DNA of 63,102 bases, counting the filler, from Octopus bimaculoides (Eukaryota), in NCBI RefSeq assembly GCF_001194135.2. It is 4 parts of 3 records of this genome, joined end to end, with 100 filler letters (N's around TTAATTAATTAA, not from the genome) between each part and the next. Parts side by side here need not be neighbours in the genome. Positions count along the whole stretch, not along the records: positions 1 to 29,399 come from NC_068982.1; 3 more parts are not named here. One strand, 5' to 3'. The translations under genes and the position numbers were made by a program. Positions 13,229 through 25,720 of this stretch are shown here, piece after piece (the first letter of the stretch is position 1; the number at the start of each line of letters is the position of its first letter). A model generated the notes under the pieces. The model made no database searches. It saw nothing but the letters and a program-made list of their open reading frames with translations, and was not told the origin of the DNA.

Positions 13229-13281
<53 letters not shown>

Positions 13282-14069
13282 TCCTTATTGGTTGAGTTCA
13301 GAGAAATAGAATGATTAACTGGTGTTTGATATTTACTTCTATGTGTCTATTATTGAAGTTTTTATGAATCTGCTCCCCATGAAGCAATATGTCGAGAAAG
13401 GAAATGATATTTTTCAGGGTGACAGTATGTATAGAAAAATCCTTGTTCCGTGAGCAGCAATGTATATAATAGTGGCTGTATTTGAGCCACTATTATAATA
13501 AGGATTATTAGATACACCTGTTGATGTAACATCACATGAATTGCTAATAGGTTCAATGTGAATTTGGCCATTGTGTAAATTAATGGGCACAAGTTCTCAT
13601 TACTATCATGTCATGAGAATGGTTTTCCTTTGTTCAGAGGAGATTCACTACACTGTAAGTTAATATTCACCTCTACAGATAAATGCCTGATGAATGAATA
13701 GTGCAATCACTATAAAGACAGTAATCCTGGCTTTTGACAACATTTAGCTTACGTTGTTAGTTCTTGTGAGAAAGGCATGAATGATGCATAAACTTATTTT
13801 TCTGGAAATGTCATGATTCATTGTTTACTTGGAGAAGGTCATCACAGGAAAAAAAACCTGCTCTTATCCATCTGACTGGGATTTTGGCAAGTTATATCCA
13901 GTATTAAATTTGTTATTCTAAAGAGAGATAAATCCATATTTTTAATTGGAAAAATCTTTCCAACCATAAAAATTTCTTGAATATTTCAAAATGGTAGAAA
14001 TGTGTATAAAATGACTTTATTTGTATTTTCTTATTCATTGAAGCTATTGTTTTCATTCTCTATTTCCAG

Positions 14070-14169
14070 TGCCTCTTTGCTCATTCCCTGAGGAAATTTT
14101 CCATAAAAGATTGGTCAATAGAACAACGTTGGATAGCAGTCTTACTTCCTTTACTCTTGCTCTACAATG
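14070..14169 (+). CDS. TMEM181: TMEM181 exon: CLFAHSLRKFSIKDWSIEQRWIAVLLPLLLLYN(D)
   Basis: tatttccag acceptor, gtaaca donor, 100 nt ending in phase 1; nearly identical to family motif CLFAHSLRKFSMRDWGIEQKWMSVLLPLLLLYND. Confidence 0.95.
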
Positions 14170-14339
14170 GTAACACATCATCTTTATTTATGTATTTTAA
14201 TATTCTAGCAAAATAGAAAGTAAGAGCTCAGTGTGCTGGATCTGTGGTCCAGTTTTTGATTCTCAGTTGAGGCCATTTCATTTCACTCCTGCTCCTAACA
14301 ATCTTGGAAGAAAAGATATACATTTTCTGTAAAGTGAAA

Positions 14340-14810
14340 TCGTGATGGCACCTGTGCCCAGCGTCGCCTTTCTGTCACGTGTGCCCACGGCATGCGTAAG
14401 AACTTTCGAGCGAGATTGTTGCCAGTGCCCCTGGACTGGCTCTTGTGCAGGTGGCACATAAAAAACACCTTTTTGAGCATGGCCGTTGCCAGTACCGCTT
14501 GACTGGCCTTCATGCCGGTGGCACGTAAAAGCACCCACTACACTCTCGGAGTGGTTGGCATTAGGAAGGGCATCCAGCTGNNNNNNNNNNGGTGGCACGT
14601 AAAAGCACCCACTACACTCTCGGAGTGGTTGGCATTAGGAAGGGCATCCAGCTGTAGAAACTCTGCCAGATCAGATTGGAGCCTGGTGTAGCCATCTGGT
14701 TCGCCAGTCCTCAGTCAAATCGTCCAACCCATGCTAGCATGGAAAGCGGATGTTAAACGATGATGATGATGTAAACGATGATGATGTAAACGATGATGAT
14801 GATGATGTAA
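14340..14810 (+). mobile_element. SINE family A, youngest copy (RTE-type 3' end, (GAT)n tail). Other copies: about 121-230(-), 4560-4730(+), 7490-7790(-), 9640-9820(+), 11051-11144(+), 15670-16080(-), 16140-16330(-), 22810-23160(-), 23435-23620(+), 25815-25975(+), 28980-29150(+), 38357-38450(+), 46395-46590(-), 57610-57850(+)
   Basis: Recurrent gtggcacgtaaaagcacccactacactctcggagtggttggcattaggaagggcatccagctgtagaaac...catgctagcatggaaagcggatgttaaacgatgatgat, the same as the 3' end of the RTE at 2500-2706. Confidence 0.88.
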
Positions 14811-15329
14811 TCCCCATTTTCCCAGCCCTATAAATCTGAGTTACTGTATTATTATCAATTCAGATGTTGATAATAACATTGCCAACATTAATCCTTAATG
14901 TTTTTATCAATGTTTGAATGACTGTTTTTTCCCATGTTGGCATAAGTTGGATGAGTCTGCCATACAGCATGTTACCACTTTTGTCATTTCATCTCTGAAC
15001 CCTAGCAACTTGAGGTCTGATTTAAATTTTTGTTATGCCTTTCTTAGCAAGAAATCAGTATCTTTGTTAAACTTCAGTGTTACATTATTTATTTAAGCTG
15101 GAAGGAGTAGATATAAGAAAATCAGACTTTACAGTATTTATGTGTCTTATATTTCCAAGTTTCAATTTGTTTAACCTGGTTTTAGATCACTTTGCTATGT
15201 TCTCGAGAAAGGTACATTCTTTTTGGCTTAAAGTTAGAGACAGATACTGTACTTTACAGTAGGAACATCTAAATTGTTAAGAGCATCTAAATGTAAAAAT
15301 TTTACCTGTCAGAGAATTCTGTACTTCAA

Positions 15330-15660
15330 AACTACCTGTATGTAAAAATAGTGGGAATATGTTTATTAATTTATATATATAGTTTGTGTGCATGAATGAC
15401 AGTACAGAAATAAGCTGAGAGAACAGAAATGAGTCAGTTTTAAGGGAAATAAAATGTAGTGTGCAAGAGGGGAGACTGTACTGGTGTGGACATATGATGA
15501 GTCTGGAGAATAATAGTTGGGTAAAGAAGTGCCAAGAGATCAAGGGATCTGCAGAAGTAAAAAAATGAAGGAGACTTGGACAGAAGTAAAAAAGCTTGAA
15601 TCACATGAAGGAAATGACAGGTGATGAGATGCGAGCATGGAAAAACATGTAAATATTGTT
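15330..15660 (+). mobile_element. Decayed RTE LINE 3' fragment
   Basis: agtgtgcaagaggggagactgtactggtgtggacatatgatg resembles 2066-2110. Confidence 0.6.
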
Positions 15661-16832
15661 GTTGATGCATGTCATCATCTGTTCAACATCTGTTTTCCAT
15701 GCTGGCGAGGGTTGGACGGTTTGACTGAAAACTGGTAAGCTGGGGGAGCTGCACCAGGTTCCAATCTGATTTGGCATGATTTCTACAGCTAGATGCCCTT
15801 CCTAACACCAGCCACTCCAAGAGTGTAGGGGTGCTTTTTACATGCCACCAGCATGTGTGCTACTTATGAATCACCGGCATCAGCCACTACTACAATCTCA
15901 CTTGGCTTGATAGGTCTTCTCAAGCATGGTATATTGCCAAAGGTCTCAGCCACTTCTATGATTTCATTTGGCTTGACAACTCTTCTTAAGCACAGCATAT
16001 TGCCCAACGTTCAAAGGGTGCTCTTTATGTGCTAGCACGAGTGCCAGTTACGTGACACTGGCATTGGCCATGAATGCAATTTGAACTTGGCTTGATATGG
16101 GGGTCTTCTCAAGGACAACATATCGCCTAAGGTCTCACATCATTATCATTATCATTTAATGCTCGTCTTCCATGCTGACAAGAGTTGGGCGATTTGAATT
16201 TGACAAGCTGACAAGTGAGAGGACTGCACCAAGCTTCACTGTCTGGTTTGGCTTGATTTTTACGGCTGGATGCTCTTTCTAATGCCAACTACTTAACAGT
16301 GGATTAGACGCTTTTTTATGTGGCACCAGCGAGGTCACCCAGCTTCATTAGTGAAGTTCTTTCATTCATTTATACATTTCAGTTATTGAACTGTGGCTAT
16401 ACTGGTGCTTTGATTTCAAGGATTTATTTGATTATATCAAGCTATTTACTTGATCGACTCTGGGAGTATGAACGGCAAAGTTGATGTATGTGGTGATTTT
16501 AACTCTATGTAAAGAGACATAACCAAATACTATATGGTATATACTCTGTCAACTCCATTGTGCATTGTCCATAGAATATTTTCAAATCTGTTAATAAAAA
16601 TACCCAATTACAACGAAAATGATAAGAATAAAAATACTGTCAAGAAAGAAATTTTAATGCTTAAATTATTGTTTTGTTATAAATGAAAGTGATCAAATTG
16701 AGTGGATGAGGTGATATTGTCAAAACACATTCACTGAGCTATAAATAATTGAGGATGAGGTGTTGTTCACTAAAAAAAATTCATTAAGTATATATGCAGA
16801 AGTAATTATCTGAGTCTTGTTATATTTTGCAG

Positions 16833-16960
16833 ACCCTATTTTTCCATTAACGTTCCTAGTGAATAGTTGGCTACCTGGCATGTTGGATGGAATATTCCAG
16901 GCTACATTCCTCTGTGCATTATTACTTTCTTGGTTGTGTCTTTACCATGGCATTCGACAA
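16833..16960 (+). CDS. TMEM181: TMEM181 exon: (D)PIFPLTFLVNSWLPGMLDGIFQATFLCALLLSWLCLYHGIRQ
   Basis: ttttgcag acceptor, gtgagt donor, 128 nt, phase 1 in and phase 0 out, consistent with neighbouring exons. Confidence 0.95.
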
Positions 16961-17379
16961 GTGAGTTGATTATTTTTCCTTTCATATTCTCGTGTACTTG
17001 TGTATGAAAATGAGATGAGAAAAACATAATTGTACTATCTTAGACTTTCCAGCTTCTTGGTTGGGCTCAATCTGAGGAATATGCATGAATACATCAATAT
17101 ATATGTGTGTGTATGCAATCGAGTGAAAGTGTACTTAATACACAAACTAGAGTATAGTTATTTTTTTTTCAAAGCTAAGACTTCACTCTTTTTCTGCTTC
17201 AGTTTCCTCATTTCTGGAATATTATTATAGATTTTAAATTTCAACAGATACCTTAATGTTACTGTGATTTGGTGCAAGAATTATGATTTCTGCTCCTATA
17301 ATTATCTGCTGCTGCTATTAGAACTCTGCCTCTGTGTGTGTAGGCAACTCTACTTTATGCAACACACGCACACGTGCAT

Positions 17380-17426
<47 letters not shown>

Positions 17427-18078
17427 CTCTCTCTCTCTCTCTCACACACATACAGATAAAATGTTGCATGACGAAGCTTTGAATTAAGTACATTTGTGTA
17501 AAGTCATATTTAACACATTCCAGTTTAATTGGATGTAATAAGGCCTTTCACTGCTGGAAGAGAGCTGAGAGAAAATTCTTCACTAGATTTGTACAAATGC
17601 ACATTGTATTTTAAGCTGCGAGTGATATCATCGGATCATAGGATGCATGTGTTTGTACATTGTTCCAATGACGAAGCGGAATAATGCAACACATACACAT
17701 GTGTGTATATGTATCTATGTGTACATTTATATGTAAGCATAGGTTAACAATTAAATGTCTAAGACTTATCTGATACATTAGAAAATTATATATTCAGTCA
17801 ACAGTAATTTAAATGCAGCTGAAGGAGGAAATGTGAAGTTGACCTCATCTGGATTTAAATGATATGAGTTTTTGGACCCATGGATTGTAAGTTCATCTCT
17901 CACTAGAGTCATTTCTTTAAGTAGTAGTCAGTCTGATCAACTATACCTTTTCCCCAAATTTGTGGCTTTATTCCCTTGTTAGAAGTAATTTAAAATACAG
18001 CAAAAACTGTAGTATGTGTCAATTATCTTGCATTTGTATTTCTACAATGTGTTAACTTTTGTTTTCATTTTCATACAG

Positions 18079-18228
18079 ACAGACCGACGGTTCTCAAAAT
18101 TCTATTTACCAAAATTAATAGTTGTCGGTTTGTTATGGATAGCTGCTGTGACACTGGCATCATGGGAACAGTATAATGAACTGAGAGATCCAACATTTTA
18201 TTATCGTTTGGATCACACTAATTTTATG
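18079..18228 (+). CDS. TMEM181: TMEM181 exon: TDRRFSKFYLPKLIVVGLLWIAAVTLASWEQYNELRDPTFYYRLDHTNFM
   Basis: ttcatacag acceptor, gtgggt donor, 150 nt; lies inside ORF 18016..18261; FYLPK...VGLLW...NEL.DP motif. Confidence 0.95.
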
Positions 18229-19621
18229 GTGGGTATTTATTTCTTGTTGATTAAAATATAATTTTTAAAAAATTGGAAAAAAAAAGATTTTTTTAATAAT
18301 TCCAAATTGTGGATACATCAAACTATTTTTCCATGTTTGTATTAGTGAATGGTTTGGAGAAATTGTTTATATTTTTCAGTTTTTTCTTAACTAACCATGA
18401 AGATGGTTTGGGAGGGTGGTGGTGGTGAATAATTGACCAAGCAGAGTTATGTGCCTTACACAAGAGTATAACACAATGACAGCAGTAGTAATCTTTGAAC
18501 TTGGAGTCTTGTGGTCACTTGTTTGGTACATAAACACCACAGCTATTGTACATTTTAAAAAGGTAACTACATAAAATCCATGCTTTGATTCTGGTAATTG
18601 CATACTAAATAAGAGCTCTACTATCTGGGTTAATTTCTCAGCTGTGTGAATATTTCAAATTTGAAAAAAAAGTTTGTAACATTAGTCTTGGAATAGTAAA
18701 TAAAATTTCTCTCTAAGAAATATTTGAAGCTACTTAGATGTTTATTAGGTAACATAATTTGCTAATGTTATTTGATTGCATTAGAATGGTGCTAATAATG
18801 TTTACAAAAATCAAGTTGATATGCCAGAATAGGTGTGTCTTGAGAAAAAGATATTTGTAACATTGCAGAAAAGACACATCACTGGAGAATAAATCTTTGA
18901 TGGAGGACTTGGTTTCAAAACATTAGAACATTCTCCTCAGTGTACACTAACTGGTTTTGGAGCTTTATGGCAATTATTGTTTCTGACATTCACCATGGCT
19001 AATTTCTTGCAACTTTTATATTTTGCTTTTGTTATCTAGCAATGCTATAAACTCATTCTACATTGTGGATAGATTTAGTCTTGCTGTGAAGACTTATTTT
19101 ATTGAAAGACTTATTTTGATGAGCATTTTTTGCTTCATAGACATGTCTATTTTGTCCTAAATATCAAATTCATTGTTTTTCCACGCTGATCACATTCTCT
19201 CAATATTGGGGATTTTTTCACCTTAGATAATATCACTCTAAATATTCTCAAATACAGAAAATGGAATTATTTCATGGGTAGTTAATTGTAGTTGAGTAGC
19301 TTTTCACAGCACCGCTTGAGTAAACTAAGGCAAGAAGTATATTTGTTTTAAAGAGCTGTTACACCAAAATTTTGAATTGATAGCAATATGTTTTTTTTTA
19401 TCATTGTGATGCAAACCGGATAATTTAATGGTTAAGAAATTAAAACATGTAGTTGCTACTCTAAAGATTGCTGGCTTATATCAAGCAGATCCAGCCAACG
19501 ACTATTTATTATGCGTGTATGAGATGGAATGTATGTATATTTTTGAGTGTTGTTTATTTCTAACTTGTTTGTATTTTGAATATTGAAGTAAATCATTTTA
19601 TTTTGTTAATTTCTTTTTCAG

Positions 19622-19724
19622 GGTATCAAGGTTTGCTTCTTCATTGTAGGTGGAATTTATCTCGTCTATCTCAGTTATTTGTTAATTCAAGCATTTGCTG
19701 AATTGCAGACGATGCCTTACTTTG
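19622..19724 (+). CDS. TMEM181: TMEM181 exon: GIKVCFFIVGGIYLVYLSYLLIQAFAELQTMPYF(D)
   Basis: ttctttttcag acceptor, gtaaat donor, 103 nt; hydrophobic helix followed by EL..MPY motif. Confidence 0.93.
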
Positions 19725-19999
19725 GTAAATAGCTTACATTGAAATTTCTTTTCAATATTCATTAATTAAAATTATTGTGACAACATTGGACACGACCCAG
19801 ACACTTGACTGTTAAGACTTATTTCATGTGTTATTGTATTTAATTTTGTCCCTCATTTTTCAATTCAGACCCCATCAAAGTTAGATTTGATGTTCATCCT
19901 GGCAAGGGTGATAAAACTTCAACAAATTTTTTTATTCTTTGTTAATTTAGTTTAAGGGAAGGCGGTGCAGTATTTTCATGTACTTTGAAGGCCTTTTCA

Positions 20000-20400
20000 C
20001 ATTAAAGTGGTTCATGTAGTTGAAGGTCACTTTGAATTTTTGTAGGTTGATGCCTGTAGGAAAAATATTGAGAGAAATCTAGGGAGTTGCAGTTCTGGGG
20101 AGGAAGGATTGGGTGAAGTGTTTGGTGTGCTGTTTTAGAAGACACTGTAGAGATGATGGGAGGAAAAGTAGTTGTTGCTGTTAAACTCCAAATCAGCTCT
20201 GATTCATTTGGTCTATGTGCAAACACATTGCAGTCATGAACATCCCAATATACAAAGACTATAGTTTTCTGATACATCACCTTTCTTTTAAAAGTGTCAG
20301 GTGTGATGATTTTCAGAAATATCTGAATGTTGTATCTCATAGACTGAATAACCCCCATTTGTTTGTTGAGGAGAAGTGAATGAAATGGGTTGAGTTGTTA
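20000..20400 (-). mobile_element. Highly decayed L2/CR1-group LINE C-terminus
   Basis: Minus frame reads TKHFTQSFLPRTA....IFPTGINLQKFK, like the RT..Y..SFFPRT..LWNSLP...F...FK motif. Confidence 0.5.
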
Positions 20401-20953
20401 CACAAGTTGCTTGTTTAGATGTAAATAGAGTGGTAGTAAATTGATTGGAGGACATAGCTTGTCCATGAGGTAGTGTGTTAAGGTAAGATCTTATCTTGAA
20501 TCCAAGGAAACCAGTGGTAGTCTGTATTGGCAAAAGGCAATCCATAAAAGTTCATTAACTTGCTGTGAATTTGACTTTTTCCCATGATGTTATAGGACAT
20601 GATTGGTTTTTCTCTATTCTATGCATAGGTGGGATAAATGCATACGGCTTGGATTACTTACTCATAAGTTAGGAGTTCAAATCTACTACAGGTGTTTCAC
20701 TGTTTTTGGGGAAAATATTTTATTCTATATTACCTTAGTTCACTATCAATAGATACCACTACATCACCTAGGAAATAGTAGCTGCTTCATGCTATGAAGC
20801 TACAGTTAAGTACTGATTCTTAAGACCTTTTCCAAGGAGCATCACACACAATTTTACAATATTATTGTTTTTTCATTTATATTTTTGTAACTATAAAATG
20901 CAAGTTCTTTGAATTAAAAAAATATCTGTTTAATTTTTTTAAATATTTTCCAG

Positions 20954-21178
20954 ATATTAGGCTGAAATTCCTGACTGTTTTTATGTTAATAATTCTGGTG
21001 GTTTCTGTGGCAATTACATTCTTACGCTTTGGAGGATCCATGTTGCAAGACAACTTTGTATCTGAGCTGACAACTCGTTACCAGAATTCTGTTGAGTTTG
21101 TCTCTTTTTATGGTCTACTCAACTTTTACCTTTACACAATGGCCTTTGTGTATTCCCCTTCGAAAAATGCTATTTATG
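20954..21178 (+). CDS. TMEM181: TMEM181 exon: (D)IRLKFLTVFMLIILVVSVAITFLRFGGSMLQDNFVSELTTRYQNSVEFVSFYGLLNFYLYTMAFVYSPSKNAIY(E)
   Basis: ttttccag acceptor, gtaag donor, 225 nt; contains the highly conserved FYGLLNFYLYT.AFVYSPSKNA motif. Confidence 0.96.
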
Positions 21179-21699
21179 GTAAGAAAACATATATACTTCC
21201 TTGCATAATTTTTTTTTTTGTGGAGCTTATTGACTTAACTGGGTGCCGTAAAATATAGCTAAGCAATGGGCAAACAAAATCTATGGCTGGCTTTTTAGCT
21301 ATTACAGTTATATCAATATCTTTGGAATAGTATTGCAACCATCCATTTACTTTATATTGAAAATCTTAGATTTCATACCTAGCTTGTGAAGACAGCAGTC
21401 TAATGTTCTACCTTGTTGAGACTATGATTATCATAGTAATCTATTTGTCTCAATCTTCTGGAATTTATGAAACAAAATACCAGCCAAATATTGTAGTCAA
21501 AATTCTGTTATTTCTCTTCCCCAACAGAGATTTGAATAAAAACAAGTTGTGTATGTTGTAATGTGAAATGATGTAATGACTGACATTTTTTTGCACTGTC
21601 TTTTCATTGGGAAACAATTTATTCTAGTCTCCTGCTCAAATTGTTAGTCTCTCTATCCCCTGATCCAGCATTCATGACTTGAATTTTTGAGAGGGTGAT

Positions 21700-22250
21700 T
21701 GTGATAATTACAGAGCATTCATCATGTTGACATAGGTTAGATTGGTCTTCCATACATTGTATTATTTTCTTGGATATCCATAATCTCGTTTGTAAGTGTT
21801 AGCATACAAAGATCTGATTTTACCATTTTTTTAATGTCTACTTCAGGTCCACCCAACTGTTATCCATACATACCAACACAGTCATGATTTTCAAATCCAG
21901 TCACTCTCTAAACTTCACTTGCACTCTTTCATACATCCAACAGATCATACCTCGTTTTTCACCAACCTCAGTACATGCTTCACTTTCAGTATTATATAGT
22001 AATCACACTTCTTATGCATGCTTCTTATAGTCTACTTTTCACATGCAAGGAAATCTGTTACCTCTGTAGATCTTAGACATATTCTGCAGTGAAAACCAAG
22101 TCCTTAGTGTGGCCAAAGACAACCATTTTTGAATTAATGAAATGTTATTGCTAAACAAGAATATTATTGGAAAGTAAGACAATGGTTCACAGTGAACTTG
22201 GTTAAGATCTCTCTTGTAGTAAAATAACCGTCTTCATTTTCTTTTATTCA
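21700..22250 (-). mobile_element. Highly decayed RTE LINE C-terminal region
   Basis: Minus frame fragments LLYNTE, KRGMICWMY, RE.LDLKI, GYPRK echo RTE motifs MLYGSE, EMRMLRWM, GRPRK. Confidence 0.5.
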
Positions 22251-22495
22251 CCACATAATCTACTAGTAAATATTTTAGACTTCATCACCTTAGAGATCAT
22301 ATCACATGTCAAAGGGACAAGAGTTGTTGATATTGTAATATCAAATTTTTGGGACCATCAATAAGAATCAGATATTTTAAATGATTATATGTACTAAATT
22401 GATATACGCAAAATTGAAATTGTTTGTAAACCGTTATTTTATAACAAATTTTGTATTCTGTCATTCTTTATTAAATGACATTTTTATATTTTAAG

Positions 22496-22562
22496 AAACC
22501 CATTTCAAGGACAATCCAGCTCTTTCTATGTTGAATGATTCTGATGAAGAAGTGCATTATGG
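22496..22562 (+). CDS. TMEM181: TMEM181 exon: (E)THFKDNPALSMLNDSDEEVHY(G)
   Basis: ttttaag acceptor, gtaagc donor, 67 nt; matches family motif KDNPAFSMLNDSDDD. Confidence 0.94.
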
Positions 22563-24082
22563 GTAAGCTTAATCTTGGTTTTTGAAAGAAATTTATCTCC
22601 TCTGTTGCACTCACTTTACTTGAATGGGTTGTCCCACCATTCATTTGATCTTAACCAATCAAAGAAATAATATATTTCTTTGATTGACTGTGTTTAAATG
22701 ACTGATGGACGATTGTGTAATATACATTACGTAATATGCATAACTAAAGTGTTACCATCTGTGTCTGGAAAAATACCTCCGTGTTTTACATATTTGGTAC
22801 ATATATAATCATCATCATTGTTTAACGTCTGCTTTGCATGCTGGCATGGGTTGGATGGTTTGACTGAAAACTCATAAGCTGGGAGGTTGCACCAGGTTCC
22901 AATTTGATTTGCCAAGATTTCTATGGCTGGATGCCCTTCCTAACATCAATCACTCTGAGTGTAGCAGGTGCTTTGTACATGACACCAGCCTGACACTGGC
23001 ATTGACCACGACTATGGTCTCGCTTGGCTTGACAGGTCAACACAAGCATGATATATTGCCAAGGATCTTGGTCACCTGTTGCTGCTTCCATGAGGCCTAA
23101 TGCTTGAATGGTACTTTTTACATGCCATCAGTACGAGTGCCAACCAGACGGCACTGGCAATAGCCACAACTACTATTTCAGATAATAGAATACTGAATAA
23201 GCCAATACTATGTGTAGACATGTAAACACCTTCTTTGTATGTAATATCATCATGGACAGAAAAAGAAAGATTGGCCAAATTAGCTTTAATCCTGTATTAG
23301 GATTTCATCAGTGCTCTCTCCAACTGTCCATGTAAACACATTTGTAACCTACAACTTCAGGGTTTCTCAACATGAACTTCATGAAATATGGTGTTTTAAT
23401 AAAGTTTAATAAGCTTATTAAATAAGCCAAATGCTAGTGCTGGTGGCATGTAAAAAGTACCCACTACACTCTCGGAGTGGTTGGTGTTAGGAAGGGCATC
23501 CAGCTGTAGAAACTTTGCCAGATCAGATTGGAGTCTGGTGTAGCCATCTGGTTTGCCAGTCCCCAGTCAAATCGTCCAACCCATGCTAGCATGGAAAGCG
23601 GACGTTAAATGATGATGATATATATATATGTGTGTGTGTGTTTTTATATGAAAAAATTCTTTCTCTAATACAACTTTTGTTTCATTTAATGTCTTATTGG
23701 AATTGGGGTGGTGGAGGTGACCATTGGTGTTAAACATATGATAGTCTGAATGATACAATGATGCACTAACACACACATTGAGCTAACTTTCATGTAATCA
23801 GTAATAAATTCTCCATCTAAAAAAAAGCAATGGAGATAACTCCAATAAAATCAATGATAAATTTTTTTGAAAATGAGTTGATGTGAATGGAAGTGATTCT
23901 TGTCTTTAAAACCAGCTGGGAGAAGCAATTGACAGGTTTCAATGTTTTTATCTTTTTTTTATACTACTCTCCCTCTGACTGGTTTTTCTCATGTACTTTG
24001 TTCACCTTCTTTATTCAGTAATTTATCTGCCATATTATCGAAGTAGTTATAGTCTAATAGACATTTCTTGTTATTGTTGTAG

Positions 24083-24164
24083 CTCTGACCAAGAAGAGGT
24101 TTCCTTGACAAGTCGGCAGAGACAAATGAATCGTTATGACACCGATGATGATACATTCCACTAG
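24083..24164 (+). CDS. TMEM181: TMEM181 terminal coding exon: (G)SDQEEVSLTSRQRQMNRYDTDDDTFH-stop
   Basis: ttgttgtag acceptor, phase 2 matches previous exon, acidic tail like vertebrate SDYEEMPL...ESDSD, TAG at 24162-24164. The nine exons sum to 1056 nt (352 codons including stop). Confidence 0.85.
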
Positions 24165-25720
24165 AATCTCCAGTTTCTTCACAATTATAACATAACAATG
24201 CTTATTTATATTGTTTACAATAATATTGGTTTTTAAATTCTGTTTATTTTTGCAAAAGAAGAGTTGGTAAAGTTTCTTCTTATTTTATATGCAAGACTGT
24301 TTCTAAAGAAATATAAAAATTCAGTTAGCAATAGTGAAAGAGATGAACTACTTAATGCATTCAAATATTTTTCTCTTGTAAAATATTTCTCAGAAAAGCA
24401 ATCTACATTTAAGTTTTGAAGGACATTTTATGTATATATTGGGGTGTATATATTTCTTTTGTAACAGTATTTCATATCTATTTTATTTAAAAGTCCCTTT
24501 TTTTTTTTGACTCCTACAAACACTGTAGGATTCACTCTAATGTTGAATATATTTTAATTGAATTTACTGTTTGGAACTTTTTTTTAATTTTACCATGTTA
24601 ATCTCTAAGCTATCATGTTTGTCTTCATATAGAGTGGGAGAAATTATCTTCATAGTTATGACATTGTGATATAGATGGTGATTATAAAAGCTATTTGCAT
24701 TTCTTATTACCAAAACCCATTGCATTTGGAGAGATGAGCAGACATTTGTTTTAGATATACAGGGAACATTCTGGATAATTTTTTTGGTGGAGGAAGCCTT
24801 TAGAACAAACATTTTATTCTACTAGATTATTGATCCATTTTGTTTCCCTAAGTCATTAAGGTATTAACATTATTTTATTCCAGTAGATTATTCATTCATT
24901 TTATTTTCATCACCATAAGACATTAAGATATTAATTCTGAAACCAACAAGTTTTCAGTTTTGTAATATAACTTTGATATTCAATGTTATAGTAAATCTGG
25001 AATGTTTGGTGTTACTGCAGCTGTTAATGAAACAAGGAATTATTTTACTCCATTCTGTTTTTTTTTAATTACTACAACCCTAAACAGGACAGTTATTTTC
25101 AATGGTAGGGTTTGAACATTGACTTTCTATTGAAAATGAAGAACTAAAAGTGGGATTGAACTGTATAGCACATTCATTTTAAGAGAGTTTATGTTATTCC
25201 CAGTTAATATAAATATGAAAACTACAATCACAAACTTAGTATTCATTTTTCATATCAAGCATCTTTGATTGGGCAGTATTTTCTCTTAAATGGTGAAAAC
25301 AATTTTAGTTATCTTCAAAAATTTGATTTTTTGTTTTTAATAATCAAATAATATTGCTAACACATTAAAAATGAAAAAAAGTGAGGCAAAATGTAAACAG
25401 GTTTTCATAACATTCCCTTCTTTATTTATTTTGAAAATTTTTCACTTGTAAAATAATCATAGATCTCAGTGTTATTGTTAATGTTACGAGGAAAGTGAAA
25501 GGTAAATATTCTTTGAAACAAATGTTGGGAGCCATTTTTACAATGTACTTATAGCATACATTTTAACAAAGTGAAGCTGTAAAGTTTCAAAGAGGAACTA
25601 GTTACCTGTTTACAAATTTATACCTTGAAGGTGCTGATGACATCACTAAGGAAAGATATTTGCTACTTTTTTTTGCAGTTAGCATTGAAGATTTATTTAT
25701 TGTTTTTTAATAAAGAAGTG
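24165..25720 (+). other. Probable AU-rich 3' UTR of TMEM181; end uncertain
   Basis: Repeat-poor AT-rich stretch after the stop; AATAAA at 25709-25714. Inference only, no transcript data. Confidence 0.35.

Noticed and set aside
17662-17692. AUGACGA-A-GC...GC hammerhead-like relic
   Set aside because: C3 and GAAA are missing and helix II is only 2 bp.
18860-19330. Possible pogo/Tigger remnant on the minus strand
   Set aside because: Only a faint resemblance to a CENP-B helix-turn-helix; too decayed to support.
23989-24198. Minus-strand 69-aa ORF
   Set aside because: It is the antisense shadow of the TMEM181 last exon.
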